Source of the DNA: Candidatus Marinacidobacterales bacterium
GTDB lineage: Bacteria; Acidobacteriota; Vicinamibacteria; Marinacidobacterales; SMYC01
Reading direction: 5' to 3'
DNA length: 64,000 nucleotides
NCBI GenBank assembly: GCA_965237955.1
Contig: OZ250169.1
Span: 7,872,001-7,936,000 of the forward strand
This document shows, one piece after another, positions 48,053-58,861 of the stretch; position 1 is the stretch's first letter; every line of letters starts with the position of its first letter. A program made the position numbers and the translations under genes. The notes beneath the pieces were generated by a model that was given only the letters and a program-made list of their open reading frames with translations, searched no databases and was not told the DNA's origin.

Positions 48053-48946
48053 TCAGAGGTCATCTGGATAGGCCTGGACGAGACGATTCAGGTCGTTGCC
48101 ATCAATCGTCCCGTAGTAGGCTGGCGTTCCGCTCATCGACTTCGCGACGCTGAACGCTTGGAGTTGCTCGGTAATGCTCTCGTCTATCTTGCCGTGGTAC
48201 ACAACGAAAAAAACCTCTGCGGCGCTGCCGATCAAGCGCGCGATCTGATCTCCGTTCTTGCCCATCATTTTCGGAGTTAGAGTGCCCTTGGTCCCTTTTC
48301 CCTTGAACGCGAACGCCGCCGCTTTTCGCTTTCCGTCCAGTTTCAGCTTCTTGGTGAATAGGTCGTTCTTCTCCCCGCCCCAATCTTTGAACTCGTAGCC
48401 TTCGCCAATGATCTTTTGGATTCTCTTCTTGATGCGACTTTCCGCCCAAGCGCCGAGGCGCAGAGACTTGTCGATGGTATTGACGGAACGAACTTTGCAA
48501 AAAGAGTCGACGTCGTCGATCGTGATCGGCTTAGCTTTGGGTCGCTTGCCGGGTACGACGATGTTGTAGGTCGTCGACGCCGCTGCGCCCTTGGGAGCCT
48601 GCTTGGTCGGGAACTTCTTTACCTTGGATGGATCGTCGACGAGTCTAAGGATCTTGTCCCTGTGGCGTGAGTAGAACTCGTCTTTCAGGTAGGCGTAGGT
48701 ATTCGTGCCATCTAGCTTCTTTCTTCCCACGATTTGATCGGCGTAAAGTTTTTGCGCTTCCTGGTTTGTGCGCACTATGGAAAGCCCCGTCGCCGCCATA
48801 ATCTCCATGATGGTCTTCGCCTTTTTCTTGCCGCGGTAGATCGCTTCGAAGACCTGACGTCGATGCCTTGAGCGTCCGATAGTGTTCACCGCGTGAACAA
48901 TGTTCTCGTTCGAGTTTGCTCGGACGTCCGCAACCTTGGTCGGCAT
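48053..48946 (-). CDS. Hypothetical protein: wHTH-like N-terminus, restriction-endonuclease-like C-terminus
   Basis: RRQVFEAIY...TIMEIMAATGLS; E...DWGGEKNDLF...AFAFKG...GKNGDQIARL. Confidence 0.55.
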   Translation of the reverse strand: MPTKVADVRANSNENIVHAVNTIGRSRHRRQVFEAIYRGKKKAKTIMEIMAATGLSIVRTNQEAQKLYADQIVGRKKLDGTNTYAYLKDEFYSRHRDKILRLVDDPSKVKKFPTKQAPKGAAASTTYNIVVPGKRPKAKPITIDDVDSFCKVRSVNTIDKSLRLGAWAESRIKKRIQKIIGEGYEFKDWGGEKNDLFTKKLKLDGKRKAAAFAFKGKGTKGTLTPKMMGKNGDQIARLIGSAAEVFFVVYHGKIDESITEQLQAFSVAKSMSGTPAYYGTIDGNDLNRLVQAYPDDL

Positions 48947-48966
48947 GGAGGAAAACCACTAAACTA

Positions 48967-49179
48967 CTACTTCTTCCCGGTCTTCTTCGCGGCGTTAAGT
49001 TGTTGTATAATCTTGCTGACTCGATTCATGTCGCCGCCGACGATCTCCCGTATTTTGCGGGTCGGCACCTTCTCGATGCCGAGTATGGTAATGAGGAGGT
49101 TCTCCAGAATCTTCACCTCGTCGGATTTGCGCTTTGCCTGCTTCTTTTGCGCCGCTTTCTTCCCGGTCTTCTTCGCCAT
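48967..49179 (-). CDS. Small basic HTH-like protein
   Basis: GGAGA upstream; PTRKIREIVGGDMNRVSKII. Confidence 0.55.
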   Translation of the reverse strand: MAKKTGKKAAQKKQAKRKSDEVKILENLLITILGIEKVPTRKIREIVGGDMNRVSKIIQQLNAAKKTGKK

Positions 49180-49703
49180 AGAGTTCTCCCGGATTATTGT
49201 TGATTCCCACTACATCGTGGGCGCCGCCCAGCCGCGAGCACCAATTGTTAGTACTTTTTCGAGTCTAGGCGAGCGCTCTTAGTATTGTCAACCCCAATTG
49301 CGCGCGCTTAGCAGAGAGCGCCGACGATCTCGAGACAGCCGTGATCCGTAAAAAAGAAGATCGCGTATCGACGGCCAGACAACCATGAGAGCGAGATCCT
49401 GCGAATTCGTCTTCGCCTCGGTGGAACTTCTGCACGCTTTCGCCGTCGGTTCATCGACGCAATAACGTTCTGGAGAAAGAACGCGTTGTTCGCCACGAGT
49501 AACCTCGTCCTGTGCCAAAACTCGGCCCTTTTGAAATAGACCATAAATCAGCAGCTTAGTGTCTATGGTGCGCTCCCGTGAACGGCTTGGCGGGTTGCTA
49601 CGTTTCTACCATCGGGAAGCCGCATGAGTATTTTGACCTCACGGGAGCAAGGAGTTTCTCGAGCCGGGGCACCTAGAAATCTCCCTTCTGTGCGTCCGCG
49701 TGA

Positions 49704-49888
49704 GGCGTTGTTGCACGGCCCGGCGCAAATCGCTGACCTCCCTGTGCCGGTCGGAGAGTCACCCGGCGCAGTAAGTATCGGGCATGCCGAGCGCGGTCAT
49801 CTTGTTGAGTATCTCACACCCAATTCGGTGTTCAACTCGTTGCCTCGCCAACGTTCGAGCCCGCATCTCGGGCCCCATGATCGCCTTG
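49704..49888 (-). pseudogene. IS5/IS903-like 3' remnant interrupted by IS21
   Basis: GGCGTTGTTGCAC inverted repeat and ...LGMPDTYCAG. Confidence 0.85.
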
Positions 49889-49894
49889 TGCGTA

Positions 49895-50046
49895 TTCCGG
49901 GGCATCGTGAACGCAGATTCCAGCCGAAGGTGAACATCCATTCCAAAGCATCGTGAACACGGATTCCGGGGATCGTGAACATCGATTCCGGGGAAGGTGA
50001 ACACGGATTCCAGGCAACGTGAACGCCGGTTCCGGCATCGCGAACG
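49895..50046 (+). repeat. Seven 21-23-bp IS21 left-end repeats
   Basis: ATTCC-N(7-9)-GTGAAC units. Confidence 0.85.
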
Positions 50047-50108
50047 CTCATCGATAGCACGTTTCAAGGCAACTCTAGGTCGTACCCGGAAGGAGGACGA
50101 TCTAGGAA

Positions 50109-51665
50109 ATGGCAGCTAAGAGGTTATCGATGAGAAAAATACGAGAGGTTCTAAGGTTAAAGTACGAGCTGGGTTTTACTCACCGCATGATCGCAAAGGC
50201 ACTTCGCGTGGCGGTTGGAACGGTGAGTGAGTACCTGGCCAAGGCGAAGAAGGGTGGTCTGAGCTGGCCGCTCCCGGAGGAGCTGAGCGACGGGGAGCTG
50301 GAGGCAGGGCTGTTTCCGCCGCCGGGCTCGTCTGGCGCACGGCCGGGTCTGGACTATGCCCACATCCACGAGGAGCTGAGGCGTCACCGAGAGCTGACGT
50401 TGCTGCAGCTGTGGGTGGAGTACGCGGAGAATAAGCCGGGAGCGTACGGCTACAGCCGTTATTGCGAGCTGTACGGTCAGTGGAAGAAGAAGCTGAACCC
50501 GACGATGCGTCAACGGCATCGAGCAGGCGAGAAGACATTCGTCGATTTTTCGGGGAAGAAGCCTCACATCGTCGATCCGAAAACGGGAGAGCTCGTCGAA
50601 ATGGAGCTGTTCGTCGGGACGTTGGGCGCGAGCAGTTACACCTACGTCGAAGCGACACTGAACCAGTCGCTGGAATCGTGGGCGAAGGCCCATAAGGGGA
50701 TGTCGGATTACTTCGGTGGCAGTACGGAGATCTGGGTTCCGGACAACTTGAAGAGCGGCGTGGATTTGGTGGACCGTTACGAGCCAGGGATCAACCGGAC
50801 GTACGAAGAGCTGGCGACGCATTACGGTGCGGTTGTGGTCCCGGCTCGGGTGTTCAAGCCGAAAGACAAAGCGAAGGTGGAGTCGGCAGTGCAGGTGGCG
50901 CAGCGCTGGATCCTGGCGGTGCTTCGTCATCGCACGTTCTTCAGCCTGGCGGAACTGAACGAAGCCATCTGGGAGAAGTTAGAGGTCCTGAATGCGCGTC
51001 CGATGCAGAAGCTCGGTGTGAGTCGGCGGGAGTTGTACGAAAGGCTAGACCGGCCCGTACTGAAACCGCTACCGCAGGAGAGCTACGAGTTATCGACGTG
51101 GAAGCGGTGCAGAGTGAACATCGACTACCACGTGGAGGTGGAGAACAACTTGTACAGCGTTCCCTATCAGCTCATTCACGAGAAAGTCGAGGCACGGGTG
51201 ACGGCCTCGGTGGTGGAGGTCCTGTTCAAGGGAAAGCGCGTCGCGTCGCATCCCCGCAAGAAAGGAAAGGGGCACTACTCCACGAACCCGGAGCATATGC
51301 CACGTTCGCATCGGGAGCACCTGGAGTGGACGCCGTCGCGGCTGCTCCACTGGGCGGAGCAGTCAGGTCGCGCCACGGGAAGGCTGGTTGCGGGGATTCT
51401 AGAGAGTCGGCCTCACCCGGAGCAGGGATTTCGCTCTTGCCTGGGAGTCATGCGACTAGGCAGCCGCTGGGGCAGTGAGCGTCTCGAGGCCGCTTGCGCA
51501 CGAGCGGAAGCTTTGAGCTCTTACAGCTATCGCACGGTGAAAAACATTCTCTCGGCTGGTCTGGATCGTGTGGTGCTCGAATCGGACGCCGAAGCGAAAC
51601 CGCGAGAGGAGCACGAGAACATCCGAGGCGCGGATCACTACGAAGGAGGAGAGTCCCGATGCTGA
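50109..51665 (+). CDS. istA: IS21 transposase IstA
   Basis: MRKIREVLRL, FVDFSG, VPDNLKS, KPKDKAKVESAV. Confidence 0.93.
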   Translation: MAAKRLSMRKIREVLRLKYELGFTHRMIAKALRVAVGTVSEYLAKAKKGGLSWPLPEELSDGELEAGLFPPPGSSGARPGLDYAHIHEELRRHRELTLLQLWVEYAENKPGAYGYSRYCELYGQWKKKLNPTMRQRHRAGEKTFVDFSGKKPHIVDPKTGELVEMELFVGTLGASSYTYVEATLNQSLESWAKAHKGMSDYFGGSTEIWVPDNLKSGVDLVDRYEPGINRTYEELATHYGAVVVPARVFKPKDKAKVESAVQVAQRWILAVLRHRTFFSLAELNEAIWEKLEVLNARPMQKLGVSRRELYERLDRPVLKPLPQESYELSTWKRCRVNIDYHVEVENNLYSVPYQLIHEKVEARVTASVVEVLFKGKRVASHPRKKGKGHYSTNPEHMPRSHREHLEWTPSRLLHWAEQSGRATGRLVAGILESRPHPEQGFRSCLGVMRLGSRWGSERLEAACARAEALSSYSYRTVKNILSAGLDRVVLESDAEAKPREEHENIRGADHYEGGESRC

Positions 51666-51917
51666 CACCCGAAACGATAGAAAAGATGAACGCCATGAAG
51701 TTGTTCGGCTTGGTGTCCGCGTTCGAAACCCCGTCCTGTGCCAAAACTCGGCCCTTTTGAAATAGACCATCAGTGTCATGAATTGACGGACACGAGCTAC
51801 CCTCAAAAGGAGTGGAAATGAAGTAAAGGAATTGGAATCCTTCGTTCAAGGGGAAACCGTAGTACCCTAAGAGCGTCTTTCAATGCAGAAGGGGGCAGTG
51901 CCATTTGGAGGAGGACT

Positions 51918-52169
51918 ATGGCCAAAGCGCGAGTGTTGACGAGGTCGGAACTAGCCGAGCATTTGGGCGTCGATAAACAGATGGTAACAAAATGGGAGCG
52001 GTCTGGGATGCCGGTCCACACTAGAGGGCGCGGCGTGGCGTCTCAATTCCGTCTGCGGGAGGTCCGGGCTTGGCTAAAGGTGCGGGAAGCCAAGGCCAAA
52101 GCGGCGGAGAAGGCAAAGGTGCGAGAAGCCAAAGCGGCAGAGAAGGCGAAGAAGACAGCGAAGCAATAA
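51918..52169 (+). CDS. Nu1/terminase-small-subunit-like wHTH protein
   Basis: GGAGGAGG RBS; LTRSELAEHLGVDKQMVTKWERSGMP...FRLREVRAWL. Confidence 0.6.
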   Translation: MAKARVLTRSELAEHLGVDKQMVTKWERSGMPVHTRGRGVASQFRLREVRAWLKVREAKAKAAEKAKVREAKAAEKAKKTAKQ

Positions 52170-52223
52170 GACGCGGCGGCGATGAGATGAGACAAGTCTG
52201 ACTGCGCGAGTCCTTGGAACTCG

Positions 52224-53380
52224 CTAGTCTCGCGGCTCGCGGTTGAGATTCTCCAGAGCATTGGTCGTGCGAATCGATTTCCACATGACACGAGGGAATT
52301 CGTAGAAGGTCAGCAGCTGATTACCGGCCTGCTCTAGGCTTCGGACGACGGCCGGTGTGAGAGGCGTCCACTTGGCGACGAGTTCGTCATAGGCTTTGCG
52401 AGCATCGATGCCGTTCTTGGCGTAGACGATCCGGTTGTAGTCACGCCGGAGCTCACGGCGTGCGTGCGCCGGGCAATGTTCGAGCAAGTTGGCGCGCTTG
52501 TGCTCGGTACATCGCTGCACCCGGCACCCCGGCCACTTCTCGAGCGCTTTCGTCAGCCCCTTGTGGCCATCGCTAATCACTAGCTTGGGAGCCCGGAGTC
52601 CTTGCGCCTGGAGTCCCTCCAGCATGGAGCCCCAATGCGTCGAGGCTTCGCTCACCGCCAGACGCAATGACTACAGACGTTTCTGCCCGTCTGGCGTGAC
52701 CCCGAGCGCGGCCAGTACGGGTACGCTGATCACACGCTTCGCCATCCGCACTTTCAGGTGGAAGCCGTCCAGGTAAACGATCGCATAGACCTCCTCGCTG
52801 AGATCACGGTTCTGCCATTCTTCGAAGCACTCCTTCAGACGACTAACCACGCGAGACACCGCGCTCTTCGATAGGTGCTCCTCACCGAGCAGTGGTTTCA
52901 GCGCTTTGCGGATCCGGCGGCTATTTGTGCCCGACAAGTAGGTCCCCAAGATCGCCTCGTCGACCTCACGAGTCCGGCGTGCATACCGGGGCAACAGCTC
53001 GCTCCTGAACTCTGTCGTTTCTCCCGTTTCCTCGTCTCGCACGCGGGCTCGTGGCACCCGGAGCTCGCGAGTTCCCACCGACGTCGTCACGCGACGGGTT
53101 TCGGCTCCGTTGCGATATCCACGGCGGTCTTCCGCACGCTCGTAGCTACCACACCCCAGCGCTTGGTTGACTTCTTCCTCGAGCACGACCTCGATCGCCT
53201 CCAGTACCCGCTTACGCAGCCGAAGTTGGACGAACTCCCGGTACTCGCTTACAGACTCCTTCGATATGGTGGTAGGCTTCTTCATGGCGTAATCCTCCTC
53301 CTCGCCTTTACAGGCGTGGTTTGGTTTTTCTTAACCGGAGGTTACGCCATTCTTATTTCCACGGGAATCGGGACAGATCC
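52224..53380 (-). pseudogene. IS256 element, frameshifted near 52670 and 3'-truncated
   Basis: RGYRNG, VYLDGF, VISDGHKGL, QRCTEH, IRTTNALENLNRE. Confidence 0.88.
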
Positions 53381-53798
53381 GCGCGTCCTGTCCAAAAACA
53401 CAAACGAACTCAAGACTGGCGCGCCGGGACGTTTCGGATCAGAGACGTCTGAGGCTTGGTTGGCCAATGGAAAGCTAGAATCCTAGGTCATGAGGAGGCA
53501 GAGCCAGCCCTGGACATAGTTGGTCGTCGCCATCCCTGGTTGGATCCAGCGTGACCAACAGGCCGCTATTCGTTTGTGTTTTTGGACACGACGCCTGACG
53601 ATGAGAGAACTGTGTCTTCAGAATTCTGGTTCAAACTCTAGCACGCAGACCGGTTAGGGGTTGGCCGCCAACACTTAATTGCGGAAGCACCAAACTGCCT
53701 GTAACCAGGATGCTTTGGTCGTCTTCATGTAGGACGTCTTTAGGGTCGGCGTCCGCTCCATCGGCTATTTCAAAAAGGCTGAGTTTTGGCACAGGACG

Positions 53799-54485
53799 GG
53801 TTCACCACCTCGACGGTGAACAGGTCTGTCGCAGCGATGGCGCCCCAATGAGCCTTGATGAAGGTGCTCCACGACATGCTCCTGCCCCGCTCCGGCGCAG
53901 GAGCGATACCGTGCTCGGCGAGGATCCTCTTGATAGTGTTGCGTCCGAGTTCATGTCCGAGGTTCTTGAGTGCGCCTCGCAGGCGCGTATATCCCCACGT
54001 CGGGTTCTCCCGCGCCACGCGCACAATGAGCTCACGGATGTCCTTCGCCGTCGGAGGTCGGCCTGGACTCCGGTTCTTGCTGCCATCGTACTTGGCTGCG
54101 ATGAGGTGGCGGTACCAGCGCAGAAGCGTAGCGGGTGTGGCAACGGACGCAATATGGGCCAGCGCCTCGCGGCCCAAAGCCTGGGCCTTGACGGCGAGCC
54201 TGCGCCGGTCGTCGTCCGAGAGCCTGAGACGCTTGCCCCGAAGCCCGGCTCGGAGCACACGGTTCTCCTCTTGCAGGTAGTCGATCACATCCTGCTGCTG
54301 GCGGTTGACCCAGCCAGCCACAACGAGCAGTAGGAATTGCGCGTGGTACGTCATCATGGAGCTGAAGATAACACCCTCGGGCCAGACGATTGTAAAGCCT
54401 ACGGCCCTTGGCCCCGGCGCAAACACAGACACTAAGCTGCTGATTTATGGCCTATTTCAAAAGGGCCGAGTTTTGGCACAGGACG
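53799..54485 (-). mobile_element. rve element truncated by another end A inside its transposase gene
   Basis: Matches about 3540-4226; end A abuts at 53798. Confidence 0.9.
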
Positions 54486-54605
54486 CGGTCGGCCCTGAAT
54501 GCCTCAACTTGACAGTAGTTTCCGGATTCGGTAGTGCCGCAGTATCAAACTGCGGCACTACCCCGGATTCGCAACAATAGCGCATCCTTTCCCTGGGGAT
54601 TCGCG

Positions 54606-54983
54606 ATGAAGATTTATCGCCTCTGTCGGAAACCCGCCGTCACCGTCCCAGCCCTCGCTTCGGTCAAAGAAGCGCTTGAATTGATGACGAAAGAGAAAGT
54701 CGGCGCGGTCGTGGTGCTTGAGAACGAGGAGGCCGCTGGCATGTTCACGCGCCGAGATGCCATCGAGCGCGTGGTGCTCGAGAAGCTGTCTCTCGGCGAG
54801 CTGGGCGACGCCCTGAAGATGATGGTGGCAAGGCCCTTCAACCACATCCCGGTCGTCGACTCCGAATCGAAGGTTGTGGGCCTCGCCACAACGAAGCCTC
54901 TGATGAAACAGACTATCGAGAAGCTCTCAGACGAGGTGGGGTCACTCGAAGCCTACATCACCGCCGACGGGATTGGTGGTTGA
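54606..54983 (+). CDS. CBS-domain protein (possibly internally deleted)
   Basis: SVKEALELMTKEKVGAVVV...GMFTRRD; NHIPVVD...VVGL. Confidence 0.75.
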   Translation: MKIYRLCRKPAVTVPALASVKEALELMTKEKVGAVVVLENEEAAGMFTRRDAIERVVLEKLSLGELGDALKMMVARPFNHIPVVDSESKVVGLATTKPLMKQTIEKLSDEVGSLEAYITADGIGG

Positions 54984-55653
54984 CGGGTTCTTTCGCCATC
55001 AAGTGCTAGCGACTGCGGGCAGAGGCACGATGTCGGGAGAGAGCGGGTTGCGCGCCTCCGTGAACAGGAATACCTCAACCCCGAGAGCCGATGCTCTGTC
55101 GTCAGGACGTCAATGGCCTGACGACGTGCGGCCGGCGTTACCGTTTTCGGCTTAGAACATCCTTGATTGCGGCGTTCTCGAGGGCGAGTTCGGCGTACAT
55201 CCTGTGCCTTCTATTTATCCATCCGCGCGCACCGAATTTGACTTGTCCCTTCCACTTGTCCCTTCCATAAACTCGAGCTGTATGAGATTGGCGAACTGCC
55301 TACAACCAGGATGCTTTGGTCGTCTTCATGTAGGATGTTTTAAGAGCCGGTGTCGGCTCTACTCAGGGGTAGAGGTGTAAGCTGGTGCGAAGTCCGGCAG
55401 CCGTTCCGAGCGGATCGGCTCAAGCAGCGCGTCGAGAGTAATAATGATGGAGACCACCGACCTTTGGAATGGCCCTCACTCCCGTCCTGTGCCAAAACTC
55501 GGCCCTCTTGAAATAGACCACAAATCAGCAGCTTAGACGCCCTTGGAATCCGCCGACCCTTGGGCTGCGTGGCGAGCTACGGGCAGCGAACTTCGCACCC
55601 GGAAGTCCCTCATTAGACTGGACTTTATCGAGCAGAAGAGCGAACGTTCGGTG

Positions 55654-55951
55654 ATGCCGCAGGATACAGGGGTTGGCCGGATCGTCGTTTTGGACGGTTT
55701 GGACTTCGCCAGCTTACGGCGGGTCTGGGAGCAGGCCTTCGGGGCTGCTCCCCCACGCTCGCTCTCTCGCGTTTTCATGCACCGCGTTCTTGCGTACGAA
55801 CGCCAGTGCCGGACCCTTGGCTGGCATTCGGCCACAACCCGGCGCGCTCTGGCTGCCATGGCGAACGGGACGCCAGGCAACGGCGCCGCCGCTCCCGCAG
55901 GGTCCGTTTCTGCCGGCACCCATCTCGTCCGTGAGTGGAATGGCCGGACCG
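55654..55951 (+). pseudogene. DUF2924 gene truncated by end A
   Basis: Ends at VREWNGRT. Confidence 0.8.
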
Positions 55952-56174
55952 CGTCCTGTGCCAAAACTCGGCCCTTTAGAAATAGACCACAAATCAGCAG
56001 CTTAGACGCCCTTGGAATCCGCGCAGAATCCAGGGTATTTCGCACCGCAGGGCTGACTTCCGACCCATGGGCTGGCGGATGAATAAATAGAAGGCACAGG
56101 CTGGTGGACGCCTCCGAGGCTGGCTACGCGGTGGAGGAGCTTGATGCCATTGTAAGGGTTGGGAGGCTACCGAA

Positions 56175-56987
56175 ATGCCAGAATTACCGGAAGTAGAAAT
56201 CTGGCGAGAAAACCTCGAACGCTGGTTGAAAGGACGTCGCATACAACGCGCCAGCGTTCCCGACGCGCTGCTACGTGGCAGGCAATCTCGCCGCAAGGTG
56301 GAAGCCGGGCTCGAGGGCGCGAGAGTCTGCGGGGTCGAAAGACGCGGCAAGTTCCTCGTTTTTGATCTGGGACGAGCGCGTTCGGCGGTGCTCGTGCACT
56401 TGGGGATGACGGGGACGTTCGCGCGCGTGACTAAAAAGGCAGAGCTCCCCAAGTTCACCCGCGCGACGCTCGAGCTGTCTCGCGGCGAGCGCATTGCTTT
56501 TCTCGACCGACGACGGCTCGGGGAGTTTCGCCTCGTTACGGACAAGGAAAAAAAGCGCCTCGACGCGCTCGGAGTGGAGCCTCTGGAGCGTGAGTTCACA
56601 CCCGCTCGCCTTTACGAGCTCGTGCAAAAGTCCGCGCGTCCGATCAAGATTTTTCTCATGGATCAGAAACGCATCGCGGGGATTGGAAACATCCATGCCG
56701 CCGAAGCTCTTTTTCTCGCCGGTATCCATCCGGAGCGAAGCGCGTCCGGACTGACACGAGAAGAAAGCGTGCTCCTCGCCCGTTACATCCGCCGCGAGCT
56801 CCGGGCTGAGATCGCGCGATCGCGCTCGGAAAACCTCAGGTATCTACAGCAGGGCGAAGCGAACCGGTTCCGGGTGTACGGGCACGCGGATGAGCCGTGC
56901 CCGCGATGTGGTGCGTCGATTGCAAAACTCGTCCAAGGGGGGCGATCCAGCTACTATTGCCCCGAGTGCCAACCCAAGAGGAAATGA
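56175..56987 (+). CDS. mutM: Formamidopyrimidine-DNA glycosylase
   Basis: MPELPEVE, RRGKFL, HLGMTG, GIGNI, CPRC...CPECQ zinc finger. Confidence 0.92.
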   Translation: MPELPEVEIWRENLERWLKGRRIQRASVPDALLRGRQSRRKVEAGLEGARVCGVERRGKFLVFDLGRARSAVLVHLGMTGTFARVTKKAELPKFTRATLELSRGERIAFLDRRRLGEFRLVTDKEKKRLDALGVEPLEREFTPARLYELVQKSARPIKIFLMDQKRIAGIGNIHAAEALFLAGIHPERSASGLTREESVLLARYIRRELRAEIARSRSENLRYLQQGEANRFRVYGHADEPCPRCGASIAKLVQGGRSSYYCPECQPKRK

Positions 56988-56988
56988 C

Positions 56989-57777
56989 ATGAACCGCGAA
57001 GATCTGAGCCTGTCGACACGAGCCATCCATTCAGGCGCGAGTGGACCGCGCGAGAATCGACCCGTCGTCCCGCCCATCCATTTGTCCGCGACGTTCGAAT
57101 CGAAAGACGTCGACGAGCAAGTTGCCATCGAAGAGGCGAAAGCCGATATGTTCTACACCCGCTACGGCAATCCTACCCTCACGATTGCCGAGCGCACCGT
57201 CGCCTAGCTCGAAGGAGCAGAATCGGCCGCGGTGTTCGGCTCGGGGATGGCCGCCATTACCACGACGCTTCTCGCGCACTTGCAGCGGGGCGACCACGCG
57301 GTCTTTCAGCGCGAGGTTTACGGCGGAGTCCATCGATTTGCCTACGAGCTCCTTCCGCGCTACGGCGTCGACGTCAGCTGGTTCGAGGCCACCGATGTCT
57401 CCGGCTTCGAAAGCGCGATTCGAGACAACACCAAAGTGGTGTACGTAGAATCACCGACGAACCCGACGTTGAAGCTCGTGGATATCGAGCGCGTCACGTC
57501 GGTAGCGAGACCACGAGGCATCGTCTCACTCATTGATTCGACGTTCGCCACTCCGCTCAACACCCAGCCGCACACGCTCGGCGTCGACGGCGTCCTGCAC
57601 TCCGCTACGAAGTACTTGGGCGGCCATTCAGATTTGCTCGGGGGCGTCGTCACCGGATCGCGCGAGCTCGTCGATTGGCGTGAAATCGTTCATGCGGGTG
57701 CTCGGCGGCATCCTCGACCCGCACGCGAGCTACCTCTTGATCCGCGGGATGAAGTCTTTGGGACTTCGGGTCGGACG
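56989..57777 (+). pseudogene. Cys/Met metabolism PLP enzyme (methionine gamma-lyase / cystathionine gamma-synthase type)
   Basis: YTRYGNPT, SGMAAI, ESPTNP, HSATKYLGGHSD; TAG at 57205, frameshift near 57680, cut by IS5. Confidence 0.88.
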
Positions 57778-58861
57778 GGCGTTGTTGCACCGCTCTGGCT
57801 GAGAGCGAAATCCGCCTATGGTGGTGGCCGAGGTATGTTCGAGCATGAAGTATCCCAAGCGCTGCCAGTACAAGCACGCGAAGCAGAAGAAGTACCACGT
57901 TCGCAACTGGGCGGAATACAACGAAGGGCTGCGCCGCCGGGGCGATTTGACAGTCTGGTTTGACGAGGAGGCAATCGCGAACTGGAAGGCCGACAAGACC
58001 GGTAAGCCTGGCGGTCAACGGGTCTATTCAGACATGGCGATTGAAACGGGCCTGGTTGTCCGGATGGTGTACAAGCTCGCCTACCGACAAACCGAAGGCT
58101 TCTTGCACTCGATCGCCTCGCTTCTCGGGCTCGGTATCGAGATCCAGGACTACTCGACGTTGTGTCGGCGCTCGAGGTTGCTCCGCAAGAAGCTGCGGAT
58201 TCCGAAAGCCGCGAGCACTCAACCCATCCACCTGATGATCGATAGCACGGCTTGAGGATTCATGTTGGAAACGCTCGCAAACCGCCAAAGCAGCGCGCAT
58301 GGCGCAAGTTGCACATCGCCGTTGATCGCGAGACAGGGAACATTGTTGCGTCCGAACTGACGGCGTCACGAGCTCGCGACGCAACCCGAGTCCCCGCTTT
58401 GCTAACACAGATTCAAGCACCTCTAGTGTCGGTGGCGGCGGACAGTGCATACGACAAGGAAGCGGTCTACGAAGCCATCGAAGCGCACAGTCCTGGACGA
58501 AGGACGCGCGTGGTGATTCCGCCGCAACGAAACGCGACGCTCAGTCAGAATTCGAACACCGCCATGCAGGAGCGCGATCGCCATATTCGTGCAATCGAAA
58601 GACACGGCCGACGTGAATGGTACAAGCTCTCAGGCTACACCAAGCGAAGCATGGTGGAGAACGCGGTCTATCGTTACAAGGCGATCATCGGGCCGGAGAT
58701 GCGGGCTCGAACGTTGGCGAGGCAACGAGTTGAACACCGAATTGGGTGCGAGATACTCAACAAGATGGCTGCGCTCGGGATGCCCGATACGTACTGCGCC
58801 GGGTGACTCTGCAACCGGCACAGGGAGGTCAGCGATTTGCTCCGGGCCGTGCAACAACGCC
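57778..58861 (+). mobile_element. IS5/IS903-like copy with frameshift near 58250
   Basis: Both inverted repeats present; unrelated flanks. Confidence 0.9.

Larger units (their letters stand above)
49889..51731 (+). mobile_element. IS21 family element, right part removed by end A
   Basis: TG terminus with tandem end repeats, istA, first codons of istB (51659-51731). Confidence 0.9.

Noticed and set aside
49895-50046. Short regularly spaced repeats resembling a CRISPR array
   Set aside because: The 21-23-bp period leaves no spacers, there are no cas genes, and the repeats lie at the IS21 left end where such repeats are expected
33590-58252. Single-base frameshifts (about 33593, 38135, 52670, 57680, 58250) as programmed recoding
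   Set aside because: No slippery motifs, and intact paralogs exist for several; decay or sequencing error is more likely
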